Of a stretch of 64,000 bases of DNA, positions 20,729 through 32,700 are shown piece by piece. Both the position numbers and the translations under genes were made by a program. Location: NCBI GenBank assembly GCA_965218785.1, contig OZ244650.1, forward strand, positions 1,440,001 to 1,504,000, written 5' to 3'. The stretch is from Nitrosopumilus sp. GTDB lineage: Archaea; Thermoproteota; Nitrososphaeria; Nitrososphaerales; Nitrosopumilaceae. The notes below the pieces were generated by a model that worked only from the letters and a program-made list of their open reading frames with translations, was not told the origin of the DNA and did no database searches. Each line of letters begins with the position of its first letter. Positions within the stretch are counted from its first letter, which is position 1.

Positions 20729-23700
20729 CTAAAGTCCAAACAGGGACTGGAACCAGTCTACAATCTTCTCAAAGACATTACGATCGTCTGCTGGTTCTGG
20801 ATCTTTTCGTATGGATTCTGGATCCATTTCCACTGGTTCTGGATTCATGGGGGTTAGTTCTGGATTCATGGGTACTGATTCTGGATCCATTTCCACTGGT
20901 TCTGGATCCATTTCCACTGGTTCTGGATCCATTTCCACCGGTTCTGGATTCATCCCGTCTGCAGGCTCGGGTTTGTCATCCTCTCCCGATGTTACAGTAA
21001 TGCCATATGTCTTGTCACCGTGCGAAGATAGGATTATTCCACGGTTGTCCTGTAAGAACATGGTAAGACTGCCTGAGAACTCTTCTTCAAATGGTATTAC
21101 TATACTATCAAAACGCTTTGTGGTTTGATCACCGGATTCAGTGTAGTATACCTGTGTCTCAGATAGGATTGAGGAAGAATCACAGGCATAAAGACGGTCT
21201 GACTGGTATTCCTTGCCACTGCATTTGTCATATGTAAGAATATTTGGAATCAACATGTATTGTATCAGGGCGGCGGCCGGAAGTTCCGGTGTTGTGTGAT
21301 CCGAGATGATGATCTCCATCTTTAGGATTTTCTGGCGTATGTCAATGGGCAGTATACGTGGTGCTATTGTAAGTGATGTGTCAGATTCAAGTGTTATCTG
21401 TGATGGACCTGTCAATGCGTTTGCTCCGTCGGATGTAAAGATGAAGGACAGGTCGTATGGTGAACCTCTGCTGGTGCCATCACTGCCACCACCGCCGCCA
21501 CCGCCTCCGCCACCGCCGCCACCGCCGCCACCGCCGCCACCGCCGCCACCGCCTCCTCCGCCACCGCCTCCTGACCTTCTAGGAGCAGGTTCTGGTGTTG
21601 GTTCGGGTTCTGGTTCAACAACGACCGGTGGTGGTGATACCAGATTTGAGCCAAATACTGTAAAGTGTGTAGTCCAGATTATCAGGTCACTGCTAGTGTT
21701 TATGAAGCACTCTCCGGTGCCTTCAAGCTGCTCTGAGACAGGGGTAAGATCATCGGCAGTACACGCTGTAGTTATCTGGGTAGCTGCTTCACCACTCTCA
21801 GAATACCATGGAACGTTGCCTGCCTGGTCTCCAAGCTGTATCCGTATTGGATTATCAGTGTTTATCACAGAGTCTGCTTGCCCTATCTCGATGCAGGATG
21901 CCTGCGCACCAGAGGTTATTGCAGCAGAGTTACAACCAGTGTCAGAGTCAGTGTCAGTTGGCAGAATCAGTATTCCATCAAAGGTAGAAGAGCTAAAACT
22001 GGTGGTGGCAGGGATTGTCACCTGGACGTTTCCTCCACGCAGACCTGTTGCAGTTACTACAATCTGATTGTTTGTCGTAACAGCAGGAGATACTGCTTCT
22101 TCGTCTAGCAGTGATGAATAATCCAGTGTGGCATCGACTGTACTTTGATATCTGATTGTGGCAAGGGTGGAAGCAGGATCAGTTACTGCGATGCGGTTGT
22201 CAGTACCGGCAAGTATGATGTTGTCTTCTGCTGTTACCGGATAGAGACTACCTTGTGGGATCACAAGTGATGGGTCTGATGTCCTTGTTGGACCAGTTAC
22301 GCTGATTGTGACAGTGATTCCGGCTGAGATCTCTGATTCGAGGGTAAGTGATATGGTGTTAGGCGGAGTACTGCTAGCAATTGAGTTTATTTCAGGTGGT
22401 GTGGATCCGTCAGATAAAGTCAACGTATAATCGGTGCTAACAGTAGTTACAGGTACGTTGTAGATTATGGTGATTGTATCAGTGGAGAGTCTTGCAGATA
22501 TTATCTCAGGTATTGCAGTATAGACGATGTTCAGTGATGCTGTATCAGCTAGTGCGGGGGAGTCAGATACGGTGATGGCGCCCATGCCAGATATGGTGTC
22601 AGAGATTGCCGGAGAATCAGAGAGGGCAAGGGAGATCTGGATTGATGCCGTATCAGCTAGTACGGGGGAGTCGGATCCTGTGATGGTGCCCATGCCAGAT
22701 ACGGTGTCAGAGATTGCTGGAGAATCAGAGAGGGCAAGGGAGATCTGGATTGATGCCGTATCAGCTAGTACGGGGGAGTCAGATACGGTGATGGCACCCA
22801 TGCCAGATACGGTGTCAGAGATTGCTGGAGAATCAGAGAGGGCAAGGGAGATCTGGATTGATGCCGTATCAGCTAGTACGGGGGAGTCGGATCCGGTGAT
22901 GGTGCCCATGGTCTGCATGTCTGATTCATCAGATATGGCAGGTGTGTCAGTGTGGGTAATGTGCAGTTCCAGTGATGCCGTATCAGCTAGTACGGGGGAG
23001 TCGGATCCGGTGATGGTGCCCATGGTCTGCATGTCTGATTCATCAGATATTGCAGGTGTGTCAGTGGCGGTAATAAAGAATTTCAGTGATGCCGTATCAG
23101 CTAGTACGGGGGAGTCAGATACGGTGATGGTGCCCATGGTCTGCATGTCTGATTCATCAGATATTGCAGGTGTGTCAGTGTGGGTAATGTGCAGTTCCAG
23201 TGATGCCGTATCAGCTAGTACGGGAGAGTCTTTTTCTGAGATGTAATTTATCATTTGAATGTCTGATTCATCAGATATTGCAGGTGTGTCAGTGTGGGTA
23301 ATAAAGAATTTCAGTGATGCCGTATCAGATATGACCGGAGAGTCAGATGGAGTAAGAGCGCCCATGGTCTGCATGTCTGATTCATCAGATATGGCAGGTG
23401 TGTCAGTGTGGGTAATGTGCAGTTCCAGTGATGCTGTATCAGATATTGTCGGAGAGTCAGATGGGGTAAGAGCACCCATGGTCTGCATGTCTGATTCATC
23501 TGATATGGCAGGTGTGTCAATGGCGGTAATGTGCAGTTCCAGTGATGCTGTATCAGATATTGTCGGAGAGTCAGATGTTTCGATGCTGCCCATGCCAGTT
23601 ATTACATCTGATATGGCAGGTGTGTCAATGGCGGTAATAAAGAATTTCAGTGATGCTGTATCAGATATGACCGGAGAGTCAGATGGAGTAAGAGCGCCCA

Positions 23701-26700
23701 TGGTCTGCATGTCTGATTCATCAGATAGGGCGGGTGTGTCAGTGTGGGTAATGTGCAGTTCCAGTGATGCGGTATCAGATATTGTCGGAGAGTCAGATGG
23801 AGTAAGAGCACCCATGGTCTGCATGTCTGATTCATCTGATATGGCAGGTGTGTCAATGGCGGTAATGCGCAGTTCCAATGATGCTGTATCAGTTATTGTC
23901 GGAGAGTCAGATGCGGCAAAACTGCCCATGCCAGTTATTACATCTGATATGGCAGGGGTGTCAGTGTGGGTAATGACGATATTCAGTGATGCTGTATCAG
24001 TTATTGTCGGCGAGTCAGATGCGGCAACACTGCCCATGCCAGTTATTACGTCTGATATGGCAGGTGTGTCAGTGTGGGTAATGACGATATTCAGTGATGC
24101 TGTATCAGTTATTGTCGGCGAGTCAGATGTGGCAACACTGCCCATGCCAGTTATTACATCTGATATGGCAGGTGTGTCAGTGTGGGTAATAAAGAATTTC
24201 AGTGATGCGGCATCAGTTATTGTCGGAGAGTCAGATGTGGCAACACTGCCCATGCCAGTTATTACATCTGATATGGCAGGTGTGTCAGTGTGGGTAATGA
24301 CGATATTCAGTGATGCGGCATCAGTTATTGTCGGAGAGTCAGATGTGGCAACACTGCCCATGCCAGTTATTACATCTGATATGGCAGGTGTGTCAGTGTG
24401 GGTAATAAAGAATTTCAGTGATGCGGCATCAGTCATGACAGGAGTGTCAGATACGGCAACAGCAGAGTTAACTATGTCTACTGTAACGGCATACATGCCG
24501 GATGCCAGGTTGCGGTTACCTGCAGTATCTGCAGCCACAAGTTTGGGGATTGATACCATGACTGTTCCTTTAAAGGTGACAGTCGCATCAAAGTTGTACG
24601 TGGTGCCAGAACCGACAGGCGCAGAGACAGTCGCAATCGCCGTACCAGATAGTGAAATATCAGATACGGCATCAAAGCCTGTCACCGCCTCGCTGAATGT
24701 GGCAGTGTATGATACGGTATCACTGTTTTGTGTGCCACCATCAGGGATACTGCTCGTTATGACCACGGTGGGTGCACTATCAAATACCTGTATCCTGTTG
24801 TTGCCGGCGTCTGCAACCAGGATGTGCGTGGAGTTTGTCGTGATTTCTTGTGGAAAGTTAAACTGATCCTCAGATGAGCCTCGAGTGCCAAACTTTGTGA
24901 TATAGTTGCCATCAAAATCAAATACCTGTATCCTGTGGTTGGTGGTATCTGTAACCAGTATGTGCGTGGGAGTCGTTGTGATTCCCCGTGGATTGTCAAA
25001 CTGCCCGTCTCCCGTGCCTGAACTGCCAAACTTGCCGACAAAGCCGCCATCCGGATCAAATACCTGTATCCTGTTGTTGCCGGCGTCTGCAACTAGGATG
25101 TGCGTAGAGTTTGTCGTGATTCCTATAGGACGGTTAAACAGCCCGTCATCTGAGCTGGCACTGGGTCTGATGATGCCAATGGTACGGACGTGGTTTGCGT
25201 TGATATCAAATATCTGCACCCTGTGGTTAAAGCTGTCTGCAACCAGTATGTGTGTGGAGGTTACTGTGATTCCTTGTGGAACGTTAAAGTGGCCGTTTCT
25301 AGTGCCGTCAATGCCAAACTTGCTTTGATAGGTGCCATCCAAATCAAATATCTGTACCCTGTTGTTGAGGGCGTCTGCAACCAGTATGCTCGTGGGGGTT
25401 GCCACGATTCCTCGGGGATTGTTAAACTCACCGTCTGCCGTACTAGAAAAGAGGCTGGAACTGCCAATCGTGCTGACGTGGTTGCCGTTGGTGTCAAATA
25501 TCTGCACCCTGTTGTTTTCAGTATCGGTAACCAGTATATGCGTAGAGTTCATCGTAATCCCAATCGGAGTGTTAAACTCACCGTCGGCCGTACCAGCAGC
25601 AGTAGTAGCGCCGCCAATCGAACTGACAAAAGTTCCAATAGGTACAAGGATATTTAATGTAACGGTGTACACACCTGATGCCACATTGCCGTTGCCTTCC
25701 ATATCTGTTGCCATATCTTTGGGGATTGATACTATGACCGTACCATCAAAGATGGTAGTCACATCAAAGGTGTATCTGATGCCGGATCCTACAAAGTTTG
25801 AGACGGTGGGGGAGCCGCCAGCTGCCGTACCGGATATGGAGATATCTGACGCGGCAAAGTCTGTCACGGCCTTGTTAAATGTGACAACGTATGATATGGT
25901 ATCAGTGTCCTGCGTGCCTCCGTTGGGGGTGCCAGTGGCAGTTATGGTTACAGTAAGTGGAATTGCAGACAGGGTGTTTGTTACGGGCATATCGGTAAAT
26001 GTGGCAAGTGCGTTGTTTATGCCATCATGGATGGAGCTGCCCCGATACGATACGGTGGGTGCATCAGTAGATGTTATTGTCGTCTCCACAGTCAGCGTTA
26101 TGATACTGCCAGTTATTGCAGCATCAGATACCTTATTGCCTGATACTGTAAAGTCTGTCGCACGTGCAAAACCGCCAAGGGGATCAAAGGCGGTAATTGC
26201 AATTGTGGTGGCAGACGTGGTTTTAATGGACTTGACAGTCGGCGGGGCGGTATCGACTGTAACGGTGATTGTAGCTGATGCCATGTTGCCGTTGCCTGCC
26301 GCATCTTCTGCTGCATCCTCAGGAATCAGCACGATGACCGTACCGTCAGAGGCGGTTGCCACATCAAAGGAGTAGTCACGATCGATTCCTGCAAAGTTTG
26401 AGACGGTATGCAAGCCTCCGGATGCCGTTCCAGATACGGCGATGCCTGACGCAGTAAAGCCTGTCACAACCTCAGTAAAGGTAACAGTGTATGATACGGG
26501 GTTTGAGTTTGTGATAAAGGTGTTAGGAACGCCCGTGGCCCTGCCTCCCACTATGTGTAGGCCTGCATCCGGTCCCATAGTGTCCAGTATGGTTGGAACT
26601 ATGGGTACGTCCTGGAATGGTGCAAGACTGTTTCCTGCAACATCAGTGAGGTCGCCTCCAAGATAGGATAAAGTTTGGGAATCATCACTGATTGCTTCAA

Positions 26701-29700
26701 GTACGAATAGCCTGATGTTTGTGCTTGCCAGAGAGGCCAGAATGACTGAGTCGACAGGGTCTACACGGAATTGATTGGGACGTGGAGTACCTACGAGCGG
26801 TTCGTTTGCCACGATCAATATATGATTAACATCCTGGTCGGTGCTAACAGAGTTAATAATTGGCGGAGTGGTATCGACTGTAACGGTGTATGTGGCAGAT
26901 GCCTCATTGTTGTTGCCTGCCGCATCTGTTGCCGCATTGCCGGGGATGGACACTGAAATCGTACCATCACCGGTGGTTGCCACATCAAAGGTGTAGGTGG
27001 TACCCGTGGTAACTGTTGCAAAGTTTGATGGTTCAGGCAAGCCGCCTGATGCCGTTCCAGATACGGTAACATCAGTCACATCAAAGCCTGTCACGACCCT
27101 GTTAAAGGTGGCAGTATATGATACAGTATCAGAGTTTGTAATGCGGCCATCAGTGATATTGGCATCAAGAATTACGATTGGTGCTGTACTATTGACTGTG
27201 ACGGTATATGTGGCAGATGCCGCATTGCCGTTGTTTGCCGCATCTGTTGCAGCATTGCCGGGGATGGACACTGAAATCGTACCATCAGAGGTGATTGCCA
27301 CATCAAAGGTGTAGGTGGTACCCGTGGTAACTGTTGCAAAGTTTGATGCGGCAAGTACGCCGCCTGATGCCGTTCCAGATACGGTAACATCTGTCACATC
27401 AAAGCCTGTCACGACCCTGTTAAAGGTGGCAATATACGAGATTGTATCAGAGGACGTAATACCGTTTTGAGGTGTATCGCTAGTTATGATCACAGTAGGG
27501 AAGAGTGGATTTGGTACGTTGTTTTTCACGGATCTAGAATCAAATGGTACAAGCATGTTGCCCACGTCATCTGTGATTGTAGTACCCTTGTACGATACTG
27601 TGAGGGTCTCCCCGAATGTTATTGCCATATCTACTGTCAGTATTACGGTACTGCCAGATATTACCGCATTAGATACGGCATTGTTTGAGACACCAAAGTC
27701 CAGGAGAACAAGCATTCCGGCGAGTGGTTCAGATGCGGTGATTACAACGGTGTTTGCATTAACTGTTTCAGCAAAGTTGAATTCAGGTATGATCGAGTCA
27801 ATCACCACGTCGGATCTGCCGGCAAGTGAATCGGGGGATGCCAGGGCAGGAAGCCTGAGATTTGCAGGCGTACTGTCATCGGCAGACGCAATGGCGCCGC
27901 CGCTTAGGGAATCGGTGTTGACATAATTAAGATCATTTGAGGAATCCCCTGCAGATACCGTATATGTGAATAGTAATTCCACGCCTCCAGAACCAGAGGT
28001 GTAACCTGCCATGCTGGCATTGATGCCAGTCTCAAGTAACAGCTGCGGAGTACCAGATACGTCGACTGGTTCGCTAAAGGTTACGGTAATCAGGACGTCC
28101 TTGCCTGCAGTATACGAGGCATCTGCCGCATCAACAAAGAGTACCAGGGGAACAGTGTTGCTCACAGACGTGCTGTCAGTTATGGGTCTGTCAGAGAATG
28201 AGTCAAGCGGGTTTCCAGCAGCGTCTGTGAGCTTGCCGGTTCCAGTATAACTTACAGTGTGGGTATTATCAGTAATTATGGGGGTTACCAAGAATGTTAT
28301 GAACGTGTCAGATAAAAGAGACGTGCTGATCACGACTCCGTCAGAGACGCTAAATTCTGATGTATCAACAACACCAATGAGGGGTTCATCCACTGTGATC
28401 TCTACAAATCCGCCGGTAATAGAAAGAGTGAAAGGTGCATGATTGGCAGATTGGAACATCGGGGCAATGGTATCTATTACTACAGAATAATTCCCAAGTG
28501 AGAGAGGGGATGACAGTGCCGGAAGCGTGAGATCAGCGGATCTGCGGTCATCGGAGGCCTCGATGGTGCCGTCGTTTAGTGAAAGCGAGTCTGTGGTCTT
28601 GTAGTTTAGCTCAAGGGAGTTGTCATCTGATCCGACCACATAATTAAATAACAGCTGGAATGTGTGGGGGGAAGATGTATAATCAACTAGTGCATCAGTG
28701 GCACCAGTCTCAAGTAACAGCTGCGGGATACCAGATACGGCGACTGGTTCGCTAAATGTTACGGTGATTGGGACGGTATCGCCTTCGTTGTACGCGCCAG
28801 GCGGTGCGGTAACTGAGACTATCGTCGGACCGGCACTAGATGAAACCGCGTTTGTGGCACCCATGGTGAAAAAATCAAGAAAGTTCATGTTAACATCAGT
28901 TATTCCAAGACCTTGGTAACTTACAGAAACCGTATCACCTGGCAGTATGGGGGTGCTGGGAACAAGTATGATTGTATTATCCAGTATATGGGCAGATAAC
29001 ACCGGCGTGCTTGATAACGGACTGGTAGATATTGTAAAGTCGGCAGTGGGGGAGATGATGGTCCCTACAAGTAAGTCAGAGGCAGTAAGCAGTATTTTTG
29101 TAGCGTCTGTGGCCACAATGGATGTTATTGTGGGTTTTACGCCATCTATTACCAGGTTGGAGCCCCCAAGTGAGTCATTTGATGTTGTGGCAGGAAGCGT
29201 AATTGATGCCGGAACGTTGCTTCTAGATACTATAGAGCCGCCGCTTAGTACAAGCGAGCCCTTATCGATATAGTTTAGTCTGTCAGAGGAATGTTCATCA
29301 AATACGATATATAGAAAATTGATGGTATTTGAGTTAGAGCCGCTAAAATATTCTGCAAAATTAAAGTTGTCAGTAGTGCCAGTCTCAAGAAGGAGTCTGG
29401 GGAATCCATTTATGACGACTGGCCTGTCAAAATGAACTGTAATTAAAATCCTGTCAGATAGGCTGTATGTACCGGCGGTTCCAGTTACAGAGAGTATGAC
29501 GGGTGGTGATGCGTCTACTGCCACGTTTGATCCTCCAAGTGAATCACTAGAGGAGGTATCTGGGAGTATCAGCGATGCCGCAGTTCCATCGTCTGCAGAT
29601 GTTATGGTGCTACTACTGCTACCCAGAGTAAGAGGGTCTGTATCCACATAGTTGAGGTCATTTGAGACGTGACCGGCAGATACCGCATACTCAAAGAGCA

Positions 29701-32700
29701 GTTGGGCAGTCCCAGACCCGGAGGTATAATGTGCCGTACCATCGTTTACGCCGGTCTCTAGGAGGAGTTGCAAGCTTCCAGTTACGGTGACAGGTTCGCT
29801 GAATCGTATTGTAATCGGGACTGTATCACCATTTTCGTATGATCCGGCAGGTGCGGATACCTGGATCACCTCGGGGACGCTAGATACGCTGTTTGTCACT
29901 GCAAAGTCGTTAAATCCGGCAAGGGCTTTGCCTGCCATATCAGTGATGCCATTACCGGTATAAGTTACAGTTACTGTATCCCCTAGGACTATCGGACTGG
30001 TAAGAACTATTGTAATCACATTCCCGGATAATGTGGCATTAAATACGGCATTGTCAGCAGATACGCCAGATACCATATATTCTGCAGCAGTAGTTGATCC
30101 CCGCAGATCCTCTGTGGCAACCAGCCTTATTTGCGTGGAGGATGCTGTCATCGCCGATTGTATTGCAGGTACTCTGCCCTCCACTGTGACGGTGTATATG
30201 TTTGAGATCTCGTTGCCGTTGTTGATATCGTTGTTTACCGCGTTTGCAGGGATTGACACAATGACTGTTCCGTCTCCGGTGGCAGTCACAGTAAACGTGT
30301 AAACGATGCCAAATCCTGCAAAGTTTGATGATTCAGGCGCGCCTCCGGATGCCGTTCCAGTAACTGAAATGTCTGACTGGTCAAATCCAGATATGGCCTC
30401 GTTGAATCGGACTGTGTACAGTATGTCATAGGTGGAGATGGTGTCACCGGAGGACGCAGTAGTAGAGGACAGGGTGGCGATGGGCGCACGTGTATCTATC
30501 ACCACATCATGGGTACCAAGCGAGGGGGCGCTATCGGTGTCAGGGAGTACAAGTGATGCCAGAACGGGGGGAATGCCGCCTGCAGCAGATACTGTGGAGC
30601 CGTCTTTTAGTAAAAGCGAGTTTGGGTCCATATAGTTGAGGTTGTTTGAGGCATGGCCTGCAAGAACCTCATACTCAAAGAGCAGTCTGGCAGTCCCAGA
30701 CCCGGAGGTATAATGTGCCGTACCATCGTCTACGCCGGTCTCTAGGAGGAGTTGCAAGCTTCCAATTACGATGACAGGTTCGGTGAATCGTATGGTAATC
30801 GGGACTATATCACCACTCCCATATGATCCAGCAGGTGCGGATACCTGGATCACCTCGGGGAAGCTAGATACGTTGTTTGTCACTGCAAGGCCATCAAATG
30901 GGGCAAGTGCCTTACCTGTCACATCAACCAAGTCATCACCCATATAGGATACTGTAACCACGTCGCTTTGGATTATCGGTGTAACCAGATGCAGTAAAAT
31001 CACTGCATCACCACGTATCTCAACGCTGTTCAGTGGGGACTCTGAGAATATGCCATCTGTGGCAAAATCCAGAATTGTTGCTGTTCCCCTGAGGGGTTCG
31101 GAGGACACAAGTTCTATAATGCGGGAATCTACAGTTGTTGCAGATAGTATGATTGGTGGCAGATTCACATTCACGGTGTATGTGTCAGATGCCGCGTTGT
31201 TGTTGTCTGCAGCATCTGCAGTCACGCCTTCAGGAATGGATATGTAGATGGTTCCATCAGTTACCGGTAGAATTTGAAATGTGTAAACTGACGGGCTCAC
31301 AGATGTAAAATCTACTATGAACGCAGGTCCCAAGACAGTTCCGCCAATTAAAATGTCGGATTGGGCAAATCCAATCACATCCTCGCTAAATGTGACAGTG
31401 TACAGTATCTGCATCTCCTCTACATCCATGCTGTTGGAAGGAACAGAACTGATTGTTATGGTGGGTGCCAGGGTATCTACAACGATGTTTGAGCCGCCAA
31501 GGGAGGCATCAGATGCAGTGGCAGGAAGCGTAAGGTTTGCGGCAGAACCGTCAGCCTCAGATGTTATGGCTCTATCCTCGGCAATAAAAGAATCCACATC
31601 AGGATAGTTCAGATCAGCCGAGTTATCCCCCGGCGTTACCACGTAATGAAGTAGCATTGTATCACCAGAGTGAGAGTTAAACAATGCGGTACCAGGGATA
31701 AAAGAGCCGGTATCAAGGAAGAGGTGCGGGGATTCTCCTGTTACGGTGACTGGTCTGTCAAATTGTATGCTGATTGGAACCGTATCACCTGCGCGGTGTG
31801 GTCCTAGAGGTGCAGATACTTTGAGTATAAAGGGACCATGTGAGGAGAGTTGGACTGCGGGATTTACCGTGGTATCGACAACGATGTTTGAGCCTCCAAG
31901 GGAGTCATCAGATGTAGTGGCAGGAAGCGTAAGGTTTGCGGCAGAACCGTCAGCCTCAGATGTTATGGCTCCATCCTCGGCAATAAAAGAATCCACATCA
32001 GGATAGTTCAGATCAGCCGAGTTATCCCCCGGCGTTACCACGTAATGAAGTAGCATTGTATCACCAGAGTGAGAGTTAAACAATGCGGTACCAGGGATAA
32101 AAGAGCCGGTATCAAGGAAGAGGTGCGGGGATTCTCCTGTTACGGTGACTGGTCTGTCAAATTGTATGCTGATTGGAACCGTATCACCTGCGCGGTGTGG
32201 TCCTGGAGGTGCAGATACTTTGAGTATAAAGGGACCATGTGAGGAGAGTTGGACTGCGGGATTTACGACATTAATTATTTTTATTGTGTTGGCAGTTGCA
32301 GTGGAGGCGACTATGGTGGCAGGATAATCCTCGCTGTACAACAGTGCCAGTGTGTCATCGTCTATTTTGAGAAGCGCGTTAAAGGCGCCGTTTGCACGGT
32401 CGTGTTCAAATGAACCGCCATTTGATACCAGACCAGTGGATGTTATGTCATATGTTCGAATAAAGCCGTCACCTGATTCCCCTCTGTATGCGAGGGCCAG
32501 TGTGTCAGAATCCAGCAGTACAAGCGAGTTGTGGTGTATGTCGGCATCCAGGGGTGCGGTGGCTGCTCCGTTATAATACGTCATAGTATTTCCTTTTTGC
32601 ATGATACTGCCATCTGTTGTTGAAATATCAAATAGTTTGAGACGCCCCGACCCGTCGCCATTGTTGCCATTATCACCAATCTCAGAGTATGCAAGGACCA

